A stretch of DNA of 64,000 nucleotides from Octopus sinensis (taxonomy: Eukaryota), in assembly GCF_006345805.1 (NCBI RefSeq), contig NC_043005.1, positions 86,676,001-86,740,000 of the forward strand, read 5' to 3'. Positions 53,250 through 64,000 of the stretch are shown piece by piece. The notes beneath the pieces are model-generated. The model did not search any database. It was not told the origin of the DNA and worked only from the letters and a program-made list of their open reading frames with translations. Numbering within the stretch: the stretch's first letter is position 1; each line of letters begins with the position of its first letter. The translations under genes and the position numbers were made by a program.

Positions 53250-53681
53250 ATATTTTTAAATGCTTACTTTGAAAAATTGCATTCGGTGGGATTAGTAATA
53301 TTTTTGGTAGAAATGACTGATTGTCCCTCCTAGCGTTGGCATGTATATATAATGCCTCCTGGCATGTATGTATAATTATGCCCTCTATATATAAATTAAT
53401 ATGTTCAATAAGAAATAATTATTTTCGAAATTTTTTCTCTTATGAGGTTTTTACGCTATCTACCTGACATTTCTTGTTAAGTTTTCCTTATTAAGTAGTT
53501 GTCCTTAATTGCAAAATTTTTATTCCGAAAAAACTTTTCCTCTCCCGAAATGCAATTTTGTAAAAGTCTGCCATTCACCCGGATGTAATATATATAAACT
53601 CACCCATGTGCTTCGTTGATGTTGATCAGTTAGCTGTTCGGCTCAAGCGAGGCAGGGTCGTTGTTTATTTATAATACATTC

Positions 53682-53729
53682 AGGCCTGCTGATGATTACG
53701 TAAGTATGAAATCACTGTGATACAGGCCT
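53682..53729 (+). ncRNA. Type I hammerhead ribozyme motif, unit 2 (intact)
   Basis: Stem I aggcctg/caggcct (7 bp perfect); CTGATGA at 53689-53695; stem II tac-GTAA-gta closed by U.U; GAAA at 53708-53711; stem III ATCAC-t-GTGAT; predicted AUA cleavage after 53722. Confidence 0.8.
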
Positions 53730-53998
53730 ATATTTTTAAATGTCTTACTTTGAAAAATTGCATTCGGTGGGATTAGTAATATTTTTGGTAGAAATGACTG
53801 ATTGTCCCTCCTAGCGTTTGGCATGTATATATAATGCCTCCTGGCATGTATGTATAATTATGCCCTCTATATATAAATTAATATGTTCAATAAGAAATAA
53901 TTATTTTCGAAATTTTTTCTCTTATGAGGTTTTTACGCTATCTACCTGACAATTTCTTGTTAAGTTTTCCTTATTAAGTAGTTGTCCTTAATTGCAAA

Positions 53999-54033
<35 letters not shown>

Positions 54034-54035
<2 letters not shown>

Positions 54036-54333
54036 AAATAAATGAAAGAATTGAGTTGAACGACGAATTTACAAAATTCCTTTATTTTATTTTCGACGTA
54101 TGTTTCGAAGGCTGCATGTTCCTAATTTCGAAGGAATAAGGGGTGCATTATGCCACCTACTCATCAGGAAAAGCAACGAACTTATGTCAGCATCAAGATG
54201 CACAAAAACTTTTAGATGACTGCCCATACGGAGCTCTAGGCAGGTAGCTTCAACGGTGTTTTTCTGACGTGAATTGCTACCCAGGTATCGGTTAACCGAA
54301 TTATCCATAATAAGATAATTCATTCAACTACTC

Positions 54334-54336
<3 letters not shown>
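54034..54336 (-). mobile_element. Second copy of the 12.8 kb PLE-like family with hammerhead motif (54090-54172)
   Basis: Minus strand reads ttttc CTGATGA gtaggtggcat...atgcagccttc GAAAC atac GTC gaaaa; shares the tail gctacccaggtatcggttaaccgaattatcc with 13180-13239. Confidence 0.7.
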
Positions 54337-54377
<41 letters not shown>

Positions 54378-54398
54378 GTATCAGAGAAATTTTATTTA

Positions 54399-54496
54399 GA
54401 TTTGAAACCAATGTTTCGCTACCAATCATCATTTATTGTAGTCATAATATCAGAAACCTTCAAAATTTAAGCGTATTTCCAGCTCATCAGGCAAAT
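54399..54496 (-). ncRNA. Degraded type I hammerhead-like motif in another (TA)n insert
   Basis: Minus strand reads atttgc CTGATGA gctg...(~60 nt)...tagc GAAAC attg GTT tcaaat; stem I atttg/caaat with a mismatch next to the core. Confidence 0.4.
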
Positions 54497-54719
54497 TAAA
54501 ACAAAGTTGTCCACGTAGAATTTTAAAGCTTACGTTGCTAATATATAAATGCAGCAGGTGGGTCTGTTCAAGAGCTGGCATTCACTTACGGTGCAGAGCA
54601 GGAAGAGAAAGGAGGGAAAGTTATAGCTTTATACCAGAAGATAAGAGAAAATACATTAGGTCGGTCCGGTGGGTACACACATACATACACTAGGATAACA
54701 AGCAGTTATATAGACGTAC

Positions 54720-54924
54720 ACACCACACAAACGTGTATACACACACGCACACGCATGCGTGGCTGTGTAATAAGAAGCACGCTACCCAACAACATGGTTC
54801 CGGGTTCACTCCCGCTCCATGGCACCTTGGGCAAGTCTTTTCTACTATAGACACGAGCCGACCAAAGCCTTGTGAGTGGATTTAGTAGACAGAAACTGAA
54901 AGAAGCCCGTCGTATATATACATG

Positions 54925-54971
<47 letters not shown>

Positions 54972-54981
54972 GACAGGCTTC

Positions 54982-55013
<32 letters not shown>

Positions 55014-55070
55014 CACATATATATGTATGTATGTATAAGTTTGTGTGTCTGTGTTTGTCCCCCACCACAC
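54720..55070 (-). mobile_element. SINE-A-related copy or copies around (TA)n
   Basis: Contains ggttccgggttcactccc...ccttgggcaagtc...gaaagaagcccgtcg. The head is read on the plus strand here, so orientation and boundaries are uncertain. Confidence 0.5.
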
Positions 55071-55326
55071 CTAATTAGTTAAAGACATTAAGGTAGATAT
55101 GGATATTATAACTACAGACAATATTGTTAGTTTATAACTTATTATTAAGAGGAAGGTGAAATTTATTTCTACGTTTACAAATTGCAGCTGATAAATAGAG
55201 AGTATTATTATAGGTACAGGCAATAGGATTATAAATATGTTATATGTTCTATTAACAGAGATGCTATTACTGTAATATAAAATTAATTATATATATACAC
55301 ATACACACTCACATACACACACACAA

Positions 55327-55376
<50 letters not shown>

Positions 55377-56031
55377 GTATGTATGTGTGTATGTATATCT
55401 GTATATGAGGCTGGGTGAGCGTGTGCATAGCTTTTAGGTGGGTGTTTCACTACTCACCATTTGAAAATAGGTGTCGGTTTCTTAACTTGCCTACAAATTA
55501 CCGGTTGGTAAAGGACACCGATTGAACTAGTGTCTCACTTAAGAAAAATATGTCCTAAGGCTGATTTGTACGACAAAAACCCATAATGGCTGTATCTCAA
55601 TGACTCACACCAGTAAAAAATAAACATGCTTATGCATGGGATACGATTCCATACACATACGTCATCAGTTCGATATAACGTTACCAAAATGGCTTTTATA
55701 TATCACTATACTGTTATATTAACATTTATATTACAGAAACGCTTTGAGTCGGTAGTGTAAGTTTGCAGAGAATCATTTTTATTATATATTTTCATAACGC
55801 CAAAACGAAAGTCCGTCGTAAGTAATCAGTATTTAAAGTATAGATTTTAAACAAACCACCTTCTTTTATATTATTCTTTAGAATATCTAATAAACTAAAT
55901 TCTGATTAAATTAGAATACAATTATTCATTATTTTGTTATCATCGTAAATTATCAACATTATTGTGTAACAGATTTATGGCATCTACAAATACTTTTTCC
56001 GTCTTAGAGCTAAATTTATGTATTCTGTCTG

Positions 56032-56068
<37 letters not shown>

Positions 56069-56071
56069 ATG

Positions 56072-56102
<31 letters not shown>

Positions 56103-57384
56103 ATGTATATATATATATGTATGTATATATGCCAAAATACATACACACAGCCACTCACACACGCATATAATTAAAAATATACAGAAGATATTTATGGTAC
56201 TCAATGCTTTGTGTAACATATACGTGTTTCGTTTAATTACTGTCGTAGTTACATAACATTAATAATTCCTGCAAGTTATCTCAACAGTGTTACGCAATAA
56301 ACTGTACGACCGGTGCTATATCTTCGATCTGTGTAATATTGAGAGACTGACTTTTCATCTGACGATCAGAATGGCGGTTAGTGTTACATATTCTTAGTTA
56401 GCTGTTTGTAATATTCAGTACGTTGCTTGTGAAGAGCATGATCAGGTCAAAATTTAATTTTGTTTTCAGATAGTTTCTTAACCCGCATTGTGAATATTTA
56501 CGAGTGCACATGCAACAAAATAACAGAACAACTTTCAACGATCATAGCGGTTTCAAAACTATCTGTATATAGATTACTGGATCAAATGATGACATTTGGG
56601 CAAGGAATTTAAATCATTGCATTTAAGTACTGTGTTACTTGATATTACAAGACGAGGTGAGCATCTTTGGTTGAGTGTGGTATAATCATCTTGCGCAAAA
56701 AATGAAAAAAAGTGGGTAAGGGATTTCAAATTTCTGAGACAACAAACATAGAATCTCTAGATTGATGAGAGTCTTTCTGAGGTTCAGTTCGTTCGTTTCT
56801 ATATCTGAAAGCCATCCTTCTGGAAAAGAGGCACAACTCGCATATCTTTTTTCAAGTTTACCATATCAACCAGCATAAGACGCTCAGTATCGACTTGTCT
56901 GGAGATATTCACGGCAGATTTAAATTTTTTATACAGAAACATTAAGTTGTGATCCTGGAGTGAGAAAATCCCTCCCCATTTGTCACACACACAAACACGC
57001 ACATACTTATTGCATATATATTATATTGCATATGTAGATATATGTTACATACATCATGTATACACACACACAGACACACACATATAAGCAACAACGCTAT
57101 TTGAAACAAATATATTGCTAAAAATAATAGCTAAACTGCTCTAATGCTGTAATCAAAGAACGACGTTTTCGGACGATTGTACTCCCTGTCTTTACATATG
57201 TATACAATTATGCACTTTGACTGCAGCATTAGAACATTTTAGCTCTTAACTCTAGTAATATAATTGACAATTACAATGTTCCTGTTTGCGAAAACATTGT
57301 AAACTACCGTATATATTAAATTTATATATGTGTATATACACACACGAACACACAACACACACCACACACACACCACACACACAC

Positions 57385-57470
<86 letters not shown>

Positions 57471-57581
57471 TAATTTTTTTCTTTTGCCCTTGTTTATAAG
57501 TTGCTTATAAATTTAACCTTAAAGGGTATTTTTGAATATGCTGGCTCTTGATAGAATACTTTTCGAAAACTTTTATCCTAT

Positions 57582-57722
<141 letters not shown>

Positions 57723-57724
57723 CT

Positions 57725-57780
<56 letters not shown>

Positions 57781-59584
57781 TTACATTATATAAAAGGGCT
57801 TAGTAAAATAAATTACTTTGCCGCATACTGAACTCATTAGAAATAGCAGCTAAAAAAACTTTTTTTAAAACTATTTCTAATACTTAAAGAAAACCTCTCT
57901 CATATAGTGTTTGCTCAATTCAACTCACGCAAATATGGGGGTAGAGACATTAAAAAATCAAGTGCAAAGGTTATTTGAGAACGTACGTTTCAAGATTAGT
58001 CAACACGACATTTCTATCACCAGCTCAGAACTCCCTGGTTTGGATTTGAAAACACTGAAAGTGGGAGCATACCCTTTCGGCTTCCTCTCGCTTCTGAAGA
58101 TCTGCTCGTAAATAACAGTGCCAACAAACTCAAAAATGCAAGCGAAGAATTTCTGCTCTCCCCTTTCCACCAGCGTGGGTTAAAATCAGTAAACACTATG
58201 CTTTTTTTCGGTAAAGTCCGCGGCATTATATAGAGAGAGATGAATTATAATTTCAACAATTGAGGGTAAAATTAATTAATTAATCAATTTCACCAAGTAT
58301 TCAGTATGCAAAGGGACCATTTAAGGCGAATTCAAATATATATATATATATATATAAGTTCGCACACATACACACACACACACACACGCACATACACATG
58401 TATACACATGCACAAGCCCAAATATATGTACATAGATATAGAAACGATGTTCTTCCGCACAGTAGGGGTTTATCAATTTCACATCGTCAAGTCCACCTCG
58501 CTATCCTATCTTACTTAATGTAAAATGATAGCTTAATGCAATATATGAATACAAGAATGGACGTATGAATGTAATATATTTGATGGATTGCTGCAGAAGC
58601 ATAGCTTACCTGTGTGTGTACGCCTCTGTATACATGTGTGTGCGTGTGTATTTCGTGTGCGTTGAAGGCATTTGCTGTCGGACGAAATTGTCAAGTTGAA
58701 AAGTTAAGCATCTTCCATCGTAATTTGAATTCAGTCTACTTTTACAAGGTACAGATCTAGACGTATATGCGTGACGAAGATTTTATTCTGTGACTTTATA
58801 TCCTTTAACCCAGGGGCATTAATGAGCTAATGATGTAGGCGATGTTAAATGAAGATTTCTATAATACTTGCCACAACTAGTTTTAATTATACCTTCACAG
58901 AAAGCTCTCACACCATTATCGAAATCCCTTCCTTATCAAACATGATTGAATTTTCCATTAGCGTCCCCGTTGCCGATGTTGACCTTTGCTGATCTGTATC
59001 TGTCTCTCTCTCTCTCATCGATTACCTCAACTAGATGAGAGCTCTTTCATGCTACTTCAAAAGATTTCCTTTACAAGACGTCCAAGCCCAGCAAAAGATT
59101 AATTACGTTATTAACCTCGCAAGCATATTTTAATTTGCTGTTATGGATGAACAACCTGCAAATATTAAAGATAGTTTTACTATATTTCATACGAGATTAT
59201 ATTCAATGTTAGTTATATTCGTTAAAAATAATGTTTAGCATTTACAGTATATATCCGTGTGTATGTGTGAGTTCGTGTCTCTCTGTGGGTGAATATGTTT
59301 GTATGCATATGTATGTGCGTTGGGACAGCAGATGCAAAGTTGTTTGGAAATATATTCGACGACGAACGAATTTTGGTGATGAGAGATACGACTCAAACAG
59401 CAGCAACAGCACCACCAACAACAAAAATCATTTCAAATATTGGCACAAGACCAGCTTTTTGTTGTGGGTGTAAGTCGATTACTGCTCAACTAGTTCTTAT
59501 TTATTTATCGACCCAGAAAGGATGACAGGCAGAGTTTTCGGAACTATATTAGAAATGTAATCATTCATCAGCATCATCATCTTC

Positions 59585-59634
<50 letters not shown>

Positions 59635-59660
59635 GATAATAATGATAGCAACAAAAAAAA

Positions 59661-60270
<610 letters not shown>

Positions 60271-61191
60271 TTAATAATAATAATAATGCCATTATTTTAA
60301 GTAGGGTGGTGTTACTGACCTGTTTGGAGTAAGTAAATCACGGTTTATTAATAAATTTGATTTTATAAAATATTACTGCTGTGTCTTGTCTTTAATGCAA
60401 ACATTGATTCTAGCCTTCTGGTCGGTCTTTAGAATTATTAAAACTGCTTAAATTCACTTTTCAATTAACGTTATAATATTTAGAGATATTACTGTAGACG
60501 AAATGCATTCCGGAAGATTTCTGACGCCATTTGGAGAGGAAGTTATAGACACCTTATATTATTGTGACATTAGTACATCATTACTAGTCTGGCTTTTCGA
60601 AATCAGTGACAGTAGTTACTGGAAAATCATTAGATAGATATTCGGAAACAGGTCTCTCTTCATCGAAAACCGGTGATTACCGTACGTTGACAAGAGGCAA
60701 ATACCTCGAAACTGCAGTCCGTGCGTATCACTTAGGTTTAGGAGAGTGAGATGACCCCCCTTTGCAAATATCATAAGGGCACAGAAAGTGTGCCTAAAGC
60801 CAGCTGGAGACGATGATCTCCTGGGGATAGAAGCTACAGTAACACCCACCCTTAGTGGTTAGCCATATTGAGATGGCTAGTATACTTTACGTTGTCGAGC
60901 GGTTACTGTTTACATCTCGTTCAGAGATTTATTATGGCTTTGAAAATTTTGTTATACCAGATTGATGGAGACGGCGGCAACAGCATTTTGAAAACGCCCT
61001 AGAAAATATTACTTGTCGCTAGCTCGCACACAATGCAGCCGGAAACTTTGGAAGCTCGCTATGCGATAATTGTTTGTGTTCATCAGGAGAAAAAAACTCT
61101 ATAGAAACTTATGAAATGCTCCAGATTGCGAAAAGATTAACATTTTTGCTGGCAAACGATCTTCAAGAAGGTGAGAGACAAGGAGCGGTGT

Positions 61192-61222
<31 letters not shown>

Positions 61223-61312
61223 GTCAGAATAGCAGAGTTGGTTGAGAAAAGTCTCAGATAATGATAGCCGCGTGTCTATAAAGACAATAAGCAGAGAATT
61301 TGGAGCTGAAAT

Positions 61313-61733
61313 AGCTATTTCTTTACTACCCACAAGGGGCTAAACACAGAGCGTACAGACAAGGACAAACAGACGGGTAAAGTCGATTATATCGACCCCA
61401 GTGTGTTACTGGTACTTATTTAATCGACCCCGAAAGAATGGAAGGCAAAGTCGACCTCCGCGGAATTTGAACTGAGAAGGTAACGGCTGACGAAATACCT
61501 ATTTCTTTACTACCCACAAGGGGCTAAACACAGAGAGGACAAACAAGGACAGACAAACAGATTAAGTCGATTATATCGACCCCCAGTGCGTAACTAGTAC
61601 TTATTTAATCGACCCCGAAAGGATGAAAGGCAAAGTCGACCTCGGCGGAATTTGAACTCAGAACGTAACAGCTGACGAAGTACCGCGAAGCATTTCGCCC
61701 GGCGTGCTAACGTTTCTGCCAGCTCGCCGCCTT
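61313..61733 (-). mobile_element. SINE-B dimer (two body plus linker units)
   Basis: ctatttctttactacccacaaggggctaaacacagag occurs twice (~61315, ~61499); head ends gccagctcgccgcc. Confidence 0.9.
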
Positions 61734-61882
61734 GTGTTTTTCAGGAGAAAAACTCTATGGAACTGAAATAGCGATTTGATTAAACTCAAGATCTGTACTC
61801 AGAGCGCTCACTGATGAGCATCCTGGTTACCAAATACTTGACAGAGTTTAATATCAAAACTGTAGTTCATTACATTTTAGAC

Positions 61883-61935
61883 CAGGGCTTGCCAACCCGA
61901 CGCCCGCATGCCGCATGCAGCCCACAGCCATTGCT
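61883..61935 (+). mobile_element. Probable hAT-family terminus
   Basis: cagggcttgccaac followed by cgcccgcatgccgcatgcagccc resembles CAGGG-type hAT ends with GGCCCGCGGGCCGCATGCGGCCC subterminal motifs; no partner end found. Confidence 0.4.
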
Positions 61936-62199
61936 GCCTGCTTGATACTTTCTTCAAATTAAATTCGTTTGTGTAAAACATTTGTTTCAAAATAAATTTA
62001 AAATTTATAAGTGGCAATAAAGCAATAACCTACAATTTTATAATTTTGTGTCTGGGGAGAGTCATTTTCTTTTTGTGCCTTATTATGTAACACACTCATC
62101 GGTGAAATTTCCACTTTTTTCTTATTTTTATTGTCCTAAAATTTTCGTTTCGTCTTTCAACCTTTTCAATAGTTTCAAATAGTTTTCAATAGTAAAAAA

Positions 62200-62363
62200 T
62201 AGTCATAATCATCACCATCAACAACATCATCATACATCATCATCATCATCGTCATCATCATCATCATTATCATCATCATCATCATCATCATTATTATCAT
62301 CGTCATCACCATCACCATCATCATTGTCATCATCATCATCATCATCATCATCGTCACCGTCAC

Positions 62364-62397
<34 letters not shown>

Positions 62398-62548
62398 GTC
62401 ACCATCATCATCATCATCATCATCATCACCGTCGTCATCATTATCATTATCATCTTCATCAACATCATCATCTTCCTCATCCTCATCATTATCATCATCC
62501 TCACCATCATTATCATCATCACCATCATCATCATCATCATCACCGTCA

Positions 62549-62579
<31 letters not shown>

Positions 62580-62596
62580 TATCCTCCTCCTCCACC

Positions 62597-62633
<37 letters not shown>

Positions 62634-62700
62634 CATCATAATCATCATCATCATTATCATCATCATCACTATCGTCGCCGTCGTCATTATCTTCCACATT
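62200..62700. repeat. (ATC)n/(TCC)n trinucleotide tract
   Basis: Directly visible; gives the poly-D, poly-M and poly-S ORFs. Confidence 0.95.
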
Positions 62701-62861
62701 AATCAAAACCTACATCGTTCCCTACATTATACAATCGTCTAATTCATTCCCTTATCCAATTCTTCAGCGATAATGTCCCAATATATTTGATATACATAAA
62801 ACTCGCCTAATTACAAATTCCAATTGATATTTCTATTTCTAAAACCAACAGTTATTTCGAT

Positions 62862-62903
<42 letters not shown>

Positions 62904-63036
62904 CTACAACACCGTCTCACATGCATGAACTCACCTGCAATCCGACTGGTATTACCAGCCATTCGTATCACAGCTTTCATAATTTAATATATTTACAGTT
63001 TGCATTACACATCCGAATAATCATACCCTGTATATA

Positions 63037-63660
63037 CACTGTTCGGCAAAATGATCTGACACATTTTAAGGTTTAATAAACGTGAAATAAAGTAAAGAAC
63101 GGAAAAGGTGTTTTTATTTTCTAAATGCACGTGTAATGCCATTTTATTTCAATGAGAGCAATTTGTGATATTTTGTTCCATTTCGCTTTCAGTTCCTCCC
63201 CCATGTTTAACAGTTGGAAGAAGAAACAATGGGTCAAATGCGTATACTCGGCCAGTGCTCGGGAATAAGGTAAGGGATGACTCGTCCTAGAAAATAACAT
63301 TCTTCCAGTACTCTAGGGAGCAATTTTGTAGGTTTTTACTCCACTCTAAACACTTTGTAGGAATTATTTATTATTTTTGTTTTGAAAGTAGTGATCTTCT
63401 GATTGCAATCCTTCTGTGAAATCCGCATTTGTGCAGCTCCCGGCGAACATTTTTTGTGGAAACTGGGTTGTCGAGTTGGTCATTAAGCTCTGCAGTAATT
63501 TTTGGAGCGGTACTTTTGTGATCATTTCTAACAATTCGCGTAAGAGTCCGACGAACCCCACCTGAAAGTTTTGGTTTTCTTCCGGAATTTTGTTTCGATG
63601 AGGAGGTTTTTCCCTCTTTCTCAAAGGCTGTCATTACTTTCGAGACTACTTCTTGATATA
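63037..63660 (-). pseudogene. Tc1-family transposon, internally deleted, with TA-flanked TIR
   Basis: VSKVMTAFEKEGKT...SGRKPKLS...RRTLTRIV...TAPKITAEL...VRRELHKCG (Tc3_2 HTH), then WKNVIF*DES and PTVKHGGG; ends ta|CACTG at 63035-63041. Confidence 0.85.
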
Positions 63661-63829
63661 CCAAACGTGTATTGAACGGGTGAGTATTCGCTTTCATTGT
63701 GGAAACGTTTATCAAGGTAACCGATTCCGTCCGTAACTGTAGCACGAAGAGCGTTCCGTGTTCACTTAAGGCTTGGCAGACATGATCCCGTAAACACTCG
63801 AAATTCTACGACAGAACACTGATCGATAT

Positions 63830-64000
63830 TGGGATGCGAGAGACTTTATTGAAACCCAATGTGAATGAGCTTGACGACAGAGATAATGTTTGGTGTTAAC
63901 AAGATGGTGTACCAGTCCACATGTCTCGACGTGCGACGGGGATTTTGAAGGAGATATTCCCTGGTCATTTGATCTGATTTTGCGGTGAAATCGGTTAACC
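63830..64000 (+). pseudogene. Second Tc1/mariner-superfamily transposase remnant (different subgroup)
   Basis: Plus frame reads NVWC*QDGVPVHMSRRATGILKEIFPGHLI*FCGEIG*P, matching WFQQDGATAH...FPGRLIS..GD..WP. Confidence 0.65.

Larger units (their letters stand above)
52912..54001 (+). mobile_element. Head-to-tail array of 2.3 non-coding units (459 bp, 482 bp, ~150 bp partial), retrozyme-like
   Basis: Units start with tataattatgccctct at 52912, 53371 and 53853; no ORF; one hammerhead motif per complete unit; the array ends in (TA)n. Confidence 0.8.

Noticed and set aside
52912-54001. CRISPR-like or prokaryotic repeat interpretation for this or other arrays
   Set aside because: No short repeat and unique spacer structure, no cas genes, and a clearly eukaryotic context.
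60850-60885. Hairpin tagccat-attgag-atggcta next to CTAG (Helitron 3' end?)
   Set aside because: The hairpin overlaps the CTAG instead of lying ~10 nt upstream; no 5' TC end identified.
62175-62706. Asp-rich 158-aa ORF that could suggest an acidic biomineralisation protein
   Set aside because: The (ATC)n tract is open in three frames (poly-D, poly-M, poly-S); no signal peptide or other support.

Overview
This is an AT-rich, repeat-dominated eukaryotic window, intergenic or deep intronic. It most resembles an octopod cephalopod genome (inferred from microsatellite density and SINE families; not verified). No intact host gene is supported: nearly all ORFs in the track are microsatellite translations or transposon remnants. 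Contents: (i) two abundant tRNA-headed SINE families, called SINE-A and SINE-B here; (ii) fragments of CR1/jockey-group, RTE and R4/Dong-type non-LTR retrotransposons, the last always embedded in (TAA)n with the same polarity; (iii) degraded Tc1/mariner and hAT transposases; (iv) a degraded Penelope-like (PLE) reverse transcriptase; (v) several unrelated short non-coding elements in (TA)n tracts, each with a type I hammerhead-ribozyme-like motif. The most striking is a head-to-tail array of ~460-480 bp units at 52912-54001, with one hammerhead motif in each complete unit (retrozyme-like). It lies in a 2 kb nest holding five hammerhead-like motifs from four different sequence families. All alignments and folds were done by eye; boundaries of degraded elements are approximate.
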